Assembly (NCBI GenBank): GCA_049472355.1
Contig: JBLIRP010000049.1
Coordinates: forward strand, 1 to 28,471
DNA: 28,471 nucleotides
Direction: 5' to 3'
DNA from: a bacterium
GTDB taxonomy: Bacteria > SZUA-182 > DTGQ01 > JAFGSM01
Position numbers and translations under genes: made by a program. Under the pieces are notes generated by a model, which saw nothing but the letters and a program-made list of their open reading frames with translations, was not told the origin of the DNA and ran no database searches. Positions 1 to 7,471 of the stretch are shown here, one piece after another; position 1 is the stretch's first letter, and every line of letters begins with the position of its first letter.

Positions 1-655
1 CAACTCATCAGGTGCGACATCCCCTGCATATCCTGAACCAGTACCGGCAGGACAAAACAGCAGTGCATTATATACAGGGTCAACAGGTTATAATCCTTTT
101 TACCCAGGAATCTCCTCTTCTGCCTTTATATCCAATACACCGAGTCCTTATACAATGAGTCTGGCATGGTATTCCCCATGGCTTGTCACACCTTCATTCT
201 TTCCATCATTCCTTCCGTCTTCGATAATTCAAGTTCCAGGCGGGGGAAGCAGTCATGAATCTCTGCCAGCGTATGCACCTGAAAAAATGACGGGGGAATG
301 GCAAAGTCAGCAATTAACGGATGAAGATGGCAATAAGATAAAAGGGAAACTGGAGTATGATCGAAAAAACAGCCTGCTGAAAATGTTAGACTCTTCTTTG
401 CCTTTGGATGAAGGAGAGCTTACGAAATTTGATTACACCCCAACAAGTGGTAAAGCCCCAATCTCTCTTGAAGGTGTATTCGACTCAGGATACACTGCAT
501 ACTTTTCCGGTACGGCTGACAATCATCTTTGCCCCAGGGATGCCTGGTGTGCCCTTGCGGGTTATTTTGATGTAGAAGGAACATATACAATCAAAGACAA
601 TTACGGACAGACAGTTGATAAAGGGACAGTCAGCCTATGTCAGGGGTGTCGTTAG
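1..655 (+). CDS. Hypothetical protein, 5'-truncated; S/P/Y/F-rich low-complexity region followed by a beta-strand-rich C-terminal domain ending in CQGC
   Basis: Frame +2 is open from position 2 (NSSGATSPAYPEPVPAGQNSSALYTGSTGYNPFYPGISSSAFISNTPSPYT) into the 155 ATG, so the real start lies outside the window. Stop TAG at 653-655. No family recognised. Confidence 0.7.
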   Translation, partial: NSSGATSPAYPEPVPAGQNSSALYTGSTGYNPFYPGISSSAFISNTPSPYTMSLAWYSPWLVTPSFFPSFLPSSIIQVPGGGSSHESLPAYAPEKMTGEWQSQQLTDEDGNKIKGKLEYDRKNSLLKMLDSSLPLDEGELTKFDYTPTSGKAPISLEGVFDSGYTAYFSGTADNHLCPRDAWCALAGYFDVEGTYTIKDNYGQTVDKGTVSLCQGCR

Positions 656-1016
656 TGGAATCAGTTTACAGTCGCCTGAATTTGAGGGAGTTAAGAGAGA
701 ATAATGTAAAACATTAGCACATGTTGCTATCCATCTTAAGATTTTTTGGGACGGTGACCATCAGGATAAAAGGCCCCGGCAGTTACGAGCCGGTCTTTAA
801 TAGCGGGCAGCAATTTTGAATTATGCTTCAGAGATCGGGCTTGTGCGTTTGCCGATTCATTCTATCCAATGGCATGTTCCGGAGGATATGCCGCGCGCCA
901 TGCCCTGGATGGCTCGGCTGGCATTTTCAGAGTATTTTCCCCTTTCGAGCGATTTTCCTTTTTTGATACATTGCTCCCCTTTTGGCTGTCTGCTAGATTC
1001 TATTTGCGTATTTGTC

Positions 1017-1046
1017 TTGACAGAAATTGAAAACCCTGCCTATAAT
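1017..1046 (+). promoter_or_regulatory. Sigma70-type promoter for the first TA module
   Basis: TTGACA (1017-1022), 18 nt spacer, TATAAT (1041-1046), about 65 nt upstream of the ATG at 1112. Confidence 0.7.
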
Positions 1047-1111
1047 TTCATCCAGAAAAGCACGTTCTTACAGAAGCTTACAAAAGCAAGAATATACTAA
1101 GGAAGTGCGAA

Positions 1112-1327
1112 ATGCGTACGATTACTACTCAGGTTCCGGACGATATTTACAGAAACATTAATGAAGAGATAGAACTTGGCATATTTTCTGATACTTCAGA
1201 GGCTGTTGTTGCGGCGCTGAAAAAGGTTTATGCCCGCAAAAGCAGATCATTCCTGAGATGGCTGATGAAAAAAGAAGGCATCACAGAAAGTGAAACGTTA
1301 AAGGAACTTGAAAAAATGCGCAAATGA
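1112..1327 (+). CDS. Ribbon-helix-helix (CopG/ParD-like) antitoxin
   Basis: 71 aa. N-terminal MRTITTQVPDDIY..I..EIELGIFSDTSEAVVAAL matches the beta-helix-helix RHH pattern. AAGGAAG RBS. ATGA overlap with a downstream PIN-like start. Confidence 0.7.
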   Translation: MRTITTQVPDDIYRNINEEIELGIFSDTSEAVVAALKKVYARKSRSFLRWLMKKEGITESETLKELEKMRK

Positions 1328-1437
1328 GATACAAGGTCTTTGTGGATACAAATATTTTACTCCCGGTTCTGTTTATTCCGGTTATAACTGGTATCAAGGC
1401 AATCAAATGGTCACAATACTATGACAGTGGCTCATGA
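1324..1437 (+). pseudogene. Truncated PIN-domain (VapC-like) toxin remnant
   Basis: Not in the ORF track. ATG at 1324 overlaps the antitoxin TGA and reads MRYKVFVDTNILL (the canonical PIN N-terminal strand with the first acidic residue). It then stops after 37 codons, far short of a PIN domain. Confidence 0.65.
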
Positions 1438-1488
1438 ACTCGCGAGGGATTTAGACAAGGGAAGGATTTGAGTTTCTGCCTATATTTT

Positions 1489-1517
1489 TTGACAAAAACC
1501 CAAATCCTGTCTATACT
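1489..1517 (+). promoter_or_regulatory. Sigma70-type promoter for the second TA module
   Basis: TTGACA (1489-1494), 17 nt spacer, TATACT (1512-1517). Confidence 0.65.
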
Positions 1518-1621
1518 TTTAACCAGGTAATGCGAATTGTATCGTATTTAAATCAGTTACTCTGTATTTAGGTTTATAGTCTTTTTTAAGTTGTATCTAT
1601 GAGAGTGAATGGAGAAAAAAA

Positions 1622-1810
1622 GTGAATGTAACGAGAGCAAAACTGGAAACGCTTATCAAAGAGCTTCCCGACCCAATTGACATTGAAGAACTTATGTACC
1701 GCCTTTACCTTTTACAGAAAATCGAAACCGGCGAAGTGGCCATCATGGAAGGAAAGACCCTTTCTCATGATGAAGCTATGAAAAGGTTGTCGAGGAAATG
1801 GCAGAACTGA
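1622..1810 (+). CDS. Putative antitoxin partner of the RelE/ParE toxin
   Basis: 62 aa, GTG start after GGAG. LPDPIDIEELMYRLYLLQKIETG...EGKTLSHDEAMKRLSRKW is typical of the small acidic genes found upstream of RelE/ParE. Overlaps the toxin start by 13 nt. Confidence 0.75.
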   Translation: MNVTRAKLETLIKELPDPIDIEELMYRLYLLQKIETGEVAIMEGKTLSHDEAMKRLSRKWQN

Positions 1811-2109
1811 TATGGGGCGGAGTGGCGATCTCGGATTTAGAATGTATTTATGATTACATCGCACGTGATTCTCATCATTATGCCAGGCACCAGATAGAAC
1901 GAATCTCCCATTCTGTCGAGCGTTTACGGCAGTTTCCCGAATCCGGACGAAGGCTGCCTGAATTTCCCTATCTTCCCCACCGCGAAGTACTCATTGATAA
2001 TTATCGTGTGATTTATCGCTACGCAGCGGATAGCGACCGTGTGTTCATTGTAACCGTTGCCCATGGACATCGTCTTCTTGAAAAAAGCAGCTTAAATCCA
2101 GTCAAATAA
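1798..2109 (+). CDS. Type II TA toxin, RelE/ParE family
   Basis: Motifs W...AISDLECIYDYIARDS, L..FPESGRRLPE, REVLIDNYRVIYR and IVTVAHG. Confidence 0.9.
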   Translation: MAELIWGGVAISDLECIYDYIARDSHHYARHQIERISHSVERLRQFPESGRRLPEFPYLPHREVLIDNYRVIYRYAADSDRVFIVTVAHGHRLLEKSSLNPVK

Positions 2110-2122
2110 GGGCGCTCATCGG

Positions 2123-2884
2123 TTACTCGGAATCCACCGGTACCTTTCCTACCGGTGCGAGGTAGATGGTGAATTCATCCTCCCCGTCCACCCGCAGGAG
2201 CTGGTCGATGGCCTCTTGGTTGTACGCGGCGATGCCGCAGGTGCCCGCGCCTATGGCCTCGCATGCAAGGTAGAGGTTCTGGCACACGTGCCCGGCATCC
2301 AGGAGGATCGCCCGGTGGGCTGCAAGGCCGTAGCGCCACTCCATGCGGTAGGGGACGGCGGTCCAGATGAAGATCACCGCGCCCTGGGCGATGAATGACT
2401 GACCGAAGGTGGCGGCTGACATCTTTTCAATGGTATTTTCTTCATGAAATTCAAACACCAGTTGGTGCTCGATGGGGAGGTAGCGGTAGAATCCCTGCTC
2501 CAGCCCTTCGACGTTGAGCACGCACAGATAGGTCTCCAGGGCGTGGCGTGCACCTGCGGAAGGCACGGTGCGCAGGGCGGTGCTCTTGTCCAGACGCCTC
2601 CGCACGCCCTGGGTCGACCAGAGCAGGAAGGAGAGTTCCTGCAGGCTCAACGGTGTGTCCAGGTAGGTCCTGCGGCTTTCTCGATTCCCCATGGCATGAA
2701 TGAGCCCGATATCCTTGAGGTCGTCGTGCGAAACGAGATTGATCCGCGTGGCGCCGGGGGGGCATGGTTTCTCCACGGGTGGGGGAGGGATGCCCTTGCT
2801 CTGGTCGGTCTGGGAAAAGTCGATGGTTTTGCGAACGCTGTCCTTGAGGAAATAGCGATACTTTTTCAACTGGTAATCGCTCAT
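2123..2884 (-). CDS. SagB/ThcOx-family dehydrogenase (nitroreductase fold, FMN)
   Basis: Motifs RESRRTY, LSFLLWSTQG, RTVPSAGARHALETY, GFYRYLP and LLDAGHVCQNLYLACEAIGAGTCGIAAY. Confidence 0.9.
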   Translation of the reverse strand: MSDYQLKKYRYFLKDSVRKTIDFSQTDQSKGIPPPPVEKPCPPGATRINLVSHDDLKDIGLIHAMGNRESRRTYLDTPLSLQELSFLLWSTQGVRRRLDKSTALRTVPSAGARHALETYLCVLNVEGLEQGFYRYLPIEHQLVFEFHEENTIEKMSAATFGQSFIAQGAVIFIWTAVPYRMEWRYGLAAHRAILLDAGHVCQNLYLACEAIGAGTCGIAAYNQEAIDQLLRVDGEDEFTIYLAPVGKVPVDSE

Positions 2885-3121
2885 AGGCAGTTCCTTTCTT
2901 TTCGTCTTGTGGTTTTGTCCCGTATGCGAACGTCAGGGCGATCCTGCCGATGGCCGTTGTATAGCAAACCGTTGCACATGATAGACGGATTTTTGGTATC
3001 GACGTTTCGTCACCCGGTCTGTTAGTTACTGCCAGGGATGACTCTCGATCCATTACTTACCGGCAGAGATGGCTTTCCCATGACGGGTATATGGTTCCCC
3101 CCCCCGGATCCCATGAGCCTC

Positions 3122-5536
3122 CTATGGCCGGGAGGTGTATATCGTGGAGGAATAGGGGATGCAAAAGAGGGTGTCCGACTGTCCTGCAAAGATTCGGTTC
3201 TCCCCGTCCCAGTGCTCGTGTGAGTTCTTGAAGCAGAACTTGAAGTGTGCGGGTGCGTCTTGGATCACGATCCTCCACCAGTGCCCATTGTTGAAATTCC
3301 CCTCGTACTGCATCGGAAAATCCCCGGATAAGCCGTCCCATGCATGGATGAAGTAGTTGGTTGCCGGTTCGAATTCCCTGTAGTGGATGGTGATCGTTCC
3401 CCCTCCGTTCTCTTTCTCCACCCCCACCACCTGTTTCATATAGCTGTCGAAGGTGATGACGTAGGCGCCCGGCCCTGCGGTGACCGCGTAATCGGAGGGT
3501 GGATACGCCTCATCCCAGGAGTCTGCACGATGCGAGATCTTGAACCGGGGATTGTCCGGCCCGAAGGTCTGGGTGGTCTCCCACAGCCCCTCTGCGTTGA
3601 GCATCATGGGGGAGGCGCCCCAGTTGTTGGGGGTTCCCCGGAAGTACCAGATATCCGGGATGTCCACCGCATTCTCGTAGGTGGTGAATGCGCCCCCGGA
3701 ATCGGCATACCCGCCGATGTCCCCCAGGAACACCGCCTTGGAGCAGTACCCGTACAGGGTTCCCAGGCCGTAGTCGTGCCTGTTCGAGTCGGATATGGCC
3801 GGATGGGTTCCCCCGCCCATGAGGGCGTGGGCCGGGGTGCCGGAGGGGATGTCAATTCCCGAGTCCCTCAGATTGATGTGTATATTCAGGGTATCGCCGC
3901 TGAAGTTGTGGCTGACCAGGATCATCTCCCCGTAGTATTCCCTGATGATGGAGAGGGTCTTTGATTCACCCTGGAGCCCGTCCCAGGTGTTTCCCGAGCG
4001 GGTGGGCACCACGTAGGTGATACCTCCGGCAAGTGCGCGGTAGGTGTTCCTCAGCCGCAGAAGCCTCCGGTAATGGTTGAAGATGGATGCAGGGTCCGTC
4101 TCCTGCTGTTGTGCCCTGGCCCAGTCCATGGGCAGGCGGATGGGCTCGTCCCCGTCACCTGCCCCGTTTGCCATGCCTATCTCTTCACCGTAGTAGATGG
4201 CCGGATTTCCCGAGAGGAGCAAATACAGGGAGGCGACCCCCTTCATCTTCGCCGTGTTGCCGTTGAGCTGGGTGGCCACCCGGTCCCCGGCGAACCGGTC
4301 GTGGTTGCTCAGGAATATGGTGTCCTGGGTGCCGGGGGGGAGTCTCCCCTGGACGGCATACACCTCCTGCATGAGGTCAGCAGGCCGCCGCCCGTTTTTG
4401 AGGCAGGCCATGAGCCTTCCCTGGAGGTTGAAGTGGAAGGCGGTGTGGAACTCGTCCCCGTCTCCGTAATAGGCGATCATCTGATCCGCGCTCTCGGTGG
4501 GGGCCTCCGCGAGCAGGATGGCGTCCTGCTTGATGCGCTCAAGCCGTGCCCTGAGGTCCTTCCATATTTGGTGGGTCTCGGGCTGGTCCTTCTGGGTTCC
4601 CCTGCCGTTTTCCACGAGGTAGCGTACCGCGTCGCAGCGGAACCCATCCACATCCGTTTCACTGACCCAGTGGCGCATCACGGCTTCGAACTCATCCAGG
4701 AGTTCCGCCTGCGAGGCGGGTGCATTGAAATTCAGATCGGGCATGGTGGCCCCGTCGGCATCGCCGAACACGCTGTAGTAATAATCGTCGTCATGGGGCT
4801 CCCCGTTGTGGTCTCTGTCCAGGTCCGCCTGTGGATCGAGGAACCATGTCGCGCCGGAGATATCCCCGGAACGGTTTTCCTCCCAGGGGTCCGGCCACCC
4901 GAGGTCGGATGCCGACCATATGAACCAGTGATCCCGCCGCACAGCGTCGTCCGGGGAGGAGAACCAGGGGTGTTCAGAGCCGCAGTGGTTCATCACCAGG
5001 TCGAGAATCACCCGCATCCCCTTGCGGTGGGCGCCGGCTACGAGATTCCCGAGGTCGTTCATCGTTCCGTAGCGGGGTTCGATGGCGTAATAATCGGTGG
5101 TATTGTATCCGTGCTCACTCATGGCCTTGAATATGGGCATGAGCCAGATGGTCTTGACACCCAGCTTCTCCAGGTAATCGAGCCGGTTGGTCACACCCTG
5201 GAGATTGCCTCCGAAGCGGTCCACAAACACCTCGTAGATACTGGTCCGGGTGACCCACGGGGATTCGTGTTCCAGGGTGGCGGGAGAGGCCGATGCCACT
5301 CTGGATGCGGCGGCGGGGGCCGATCGTGCCTCGCTGCGTCGGCGCTCCCCGGCAAACGCATCGGGCCGGGACGGAGGGGCGCCGGTTTCACCCACCCCTG
5401 TGTCGAGGATCAAGCCTTGCTGCGTGACGACGCGTTTCCTGCAGGAGGTGAGGGAGACGGAAGAGACGCAGAAAAAAAGCAATGCCGCAAACAGGACAAT
5501 CCGGTTTTCCCACTTTTTTCTCCTACACGGTGCCAT
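3122..5536 (-). CDS. GH13 alpha-amylase family protein, probable lipoprotein, with two C-terminal starch-binding-like modules
   Basis: GH13 conserved regions DLVMNH, DGFRCDAVRY (nucleophile), EAP (acid/base), FLSNHD and IYYGEEIGM. Start moved from 5626 to the ATG at 5536, which has an AGGAGAGG RBS and gives a basic + hydrophobic + LTSC lipobox leader. C-terminal WYFRGTPNNWG and IHAWDG...WW..FCFKN..WD modules. Confidence 0.9.
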   Translation of the reverse strand: MAPCRRKKWENRIVLFAALLFFCVSSVSLTSCRKRVVTQQGLILDTGVGETGAPPSRPDAFAGERRRSEARSAPAAASRVASASPATLEHESPWVTRTSIYEVFVDRFGGNLQGVTNRLDYLEKLGVKTIWLMPIFKAMSEHGYNTTDYYAIEPRYGTMNDLGNLVAGAHRKGMRVILDLVMNHCGSEHPWFSSPDDAVRRDHWFIWSASDLGWPDPWEENRSGDISGATWFLDPQADLDRDHNGEPHDDDYYYSVFGDADGATMPDLNFNAPASQAELLDEFEAVMRHWVSETDVDGFRCDAVRYLVENGRGTQKDQPETHQIWKDLRARLERIKQDAILLAEAPTESADQMIAYYGDGDEFHTAFHFNLQGRLMACLKNGRRPADLMQEVYAVQGRLPPGTQDTIFLSNHDRFAGDRVATQLNGNTAKMKGVASLYLLLSGNPAIYYGEEIGMANGAGDGDEPIRLPMDWARAQQQETDPASIFNHYRRLLRLRNTYRALAGGITYVVPTRSGNTWDGLQGESKTLSIIREYYGEMILVSHNFSGDTLNIHINLRDSGIDIPSGTPAHALMGGGTHPAISDSNRHDYGLGTLYGYCSKAVFLGDIGGYADSGGAFTTYENAVDIPDIWYFRGTPNNWGASPMMLNAEGLWETTQTFGPDNPRFKISHRADSWDEAYPPSDYAVTAGPGAYVITFDSYMKQVVGVEKENGGGTITIHYREFEPATNYFIHAWDGLSGDFPMQYEGNFNNGHWWRIVIQDAPAHFKFCFKNSHEHWDGENRIFAGQSDTLFCIPYSSTIYTSRP

Positions 5537-6045
5537 TATGCCTCTCCTTTTTTGTCTAAGATTGAGCACAGTGCTGCCGCATCGCCGGTGTGCATCCCTT
5601 TGGCAGATGACCCTGCACATTATCACCCGATCGCCGGCAAGGGGGATTCATGAGACCCCTTCACCGAAGGTGCATTATCACCCGGTTGCAGCCCCTCTAT
5701 AATATAAGAAATCCCATGTATTGCAACACCTGCCTTTTATATTCCCGCTTAATGCCAGGCGCATAAATTCGTCGTCTTACACCTTCCCGATGCAAAGGCG
5801 GCAATTCCAATTTTTAATTGCGTCTTCGCGGGAAGAAATGTTTACGGAGCGATAGAGGGCGGCCTTGTGTAACTTTTTTCGGCGAAGCGGCGTGAACATG
5901 TCTGAGCACACTCGTTGACCAAAGATATGACATTGGAATTGGCAAGGGTGCGGGCGTTGTTATTTTGTGTCGGGTTTGTTTATAATAACGCGACATCGTT
6001 TTTTTTCATGTATCGTGCATTGAACTGCCCGGCAAGGATGGAGCA

Positions 6046-6654
6046 ATGGACATGAGGCGTCTTTTCAAGAGGATCAAGTATGGCCACCCCATCATCGTCG
6101 TCTCCGGCCTGCCTCGGTCGGGGACCTCCATGGTGATGAAGATGCTGGAGGCGGGGGGAATGAAGATCGCCTCCGACGGCATACGGGCCGCAGATGACGA
6201 CAATCCCAAGGGGTACTACGAGCTTGAGAGGGTGAAGACACTGGACAAGGAAATGGATAAATCCTGGCTGCGGGAGCTTCGCGGCAGGGCGGTGAAGATC
6301 ATCTCCTACTTCCTGCGGTATCTTCCTGACAGCAATTATTACAGGGTGATCTTCATCGACCGGAATCTGGAGGAGGTGGTGACCTCCCAGAACAAGATGC
6401 TGGTCAATCGGAAAAAAAACCATGATCCATGCGACGATGAATGCATCATCAAGAATTTCGAAAGTCATCTGTGGAAGATACGGAATACGATTCTTGCCAA
6501 ATCCTGGTTTGAGCCCCTGTATCTCAACCATCGCCTTGTACTCACCAATCCGAGGGAACAGGCCCGTATAATCAACCGTTTTTTGGGCGGGTGCCTTGAT
6601 GAGGAGCGGATGGCGAGTATCGTGGATCCCAAGCTTTACCGGAACCGCAAATAG
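6046..6654 (+). CDS. Sulfotransferase family protein (PAPS-binding P-loop)
   Basis: 5'-PSB loop IVVSGLPRSGTSMVMKML and 3'-PB-like IFIDRNLEEVVTSQ; DDDNPKGYYE is typical of this subfamily. Confidence 0.85.
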   Translation: MDMRRLFKRIKYGHPIIVVSGLPRSGTSMVMKMLEAGGMKIASDGIRAADDDNPKGYYELERVKTLDKEMDKSWLRELRGRAVKIISYFLRYLPDSNYYRVIFIDRNLEEVVTSQNKMLVNRKKNHDPCDDECIIKNFESHLWKIRNTILAKSWFEPLYLNHRLVLTNPREQARIINRFLGGCLDEERMASIVDPKLYRNRK

Positions 6655-6661
6655 GACGTTC

Positions 6662-7366
6662 TCAGGGGATCGGCACCAGCTCGACCCTGCGGTTTTTTGC
6701 CCTGCCCTGGGTGGTCTTGTTTGATGCAACGGGCTTCGAAGAGCCATACCCCCCGGCGAGGAGCCGTGCGCTCTTCACGCCCTTGCTCACCAGATAGTCC
6801 ATGACCGCGCAGGCGCGCCGGTGAGAGAGAACGAGATTGTGCGCCTCGGACCCGGTGTTGTCCGTATGCCCCTGGATTTCCACCATGAGGGAAGGGTTCC
6901 CCTTCAGTATCGTAACGATCTCATCCAGCACCGGATACAACCCCTGCTTGACCTGCCATTTCCCCGGATCAAAATGAGCCCCGGTGATTACCCAGCAGCC
7001 TTGCTCGTTGATGGACGCCCCTCGAGGCGTGTCCGGGCATGCGTCCAGGTAATCGGGGACCCCGTCCCCGTCCTCATCCGCAGGTTGCTCTTCCCCATCC
7101 GGTAGCTGTATCCTTCTTCTTCCTCCTCTTGAAGCGAGGAGCATCCGGTGATATCCCTCGGTATCTACGGGATTGTCATGCAGGGAACCCTTGCCGATAC
7201 CGACGTCCTGTCTCTTCACGAGAGGCGGCTGCTTCACGGCGATACGGATTTTCGAACTGGCGATACAGGCGGGGAGATCGGTGTTCTGCATGGCCCACAC
7301 CCGTGCGGCGCATACGGCATCGATCGCAACCGCCATGATGACGGTGAGCACAAGTACTTTCTTCAT
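6662..7366 (-). CDS. OmpA-family peptidoglycan-binding protein with an OprF-type Ca-binding/Cys linker
   Basis: Signal-like MKKVLVLTVIMAV (start 7366, upstream AGGAGG). Linker DEDGDGVPDYLDACPDTPRG..INEQGC. OmpA_C motifs IQGHTDNTGSEAHNLVLSHRRA and GRAKNRRVEL. Confidence 0.9.
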   Translation of the reverse strand: MKKVLVLTVIMAVAIDAVCAARVWAMQNTDLPACIASSKIRIAVKQPPLVKRQDVGIGKGSLHDNPVDTEGYHRMLLASRGGRRRIQLPDGEEQPADEDGDGVPDYLDACPDTPRGASINEQGCWVITGAHFDPGKWQVKQGLYPVLDEIVTILKGNPSLMVEIQGHTDNTGSEAHNLVLSHRRACAVMDYLVSKGVKSARLLAGGYGSSKPVASNKTTQGRAKNRRVELVPIP

Positions 7367-7471
7367 GCCGGGTTCGTCACACCTCCTTCCTAATGTATAT
7401 ATCGATCCGAATCGCAAAGACCATGGGGGTGAAGGGTGCTTGGTGTAATGAAGAGGAGAGGTGATGACTGC

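Noticed and set aside
816..1100. 94-aa ORF upstream of the antitoxin
   Set aside because: TTG start with no RBS or motif, and it spans the antitoxin promoter.
650..2120. Integron cassette array
   Set aside because: I could not find convincing attC R''/R' pairs, and there is no intI in the window.
2123..2884. TOMM/RiPP biosynthetic cluster
   Set aside because: The SagB-like gene stands alone, with no YcaO, E1-like protein or precursor peptide nearby.
4073..5653. Long antisense ORFs (526 aa here; also 12360-13349, 12508-13449, 13611-14720, 18801-20207, 20439-21533)
   Set aside because: They are shadows of well-supported genes in GC-rich DNA and show no recognisable motifs.
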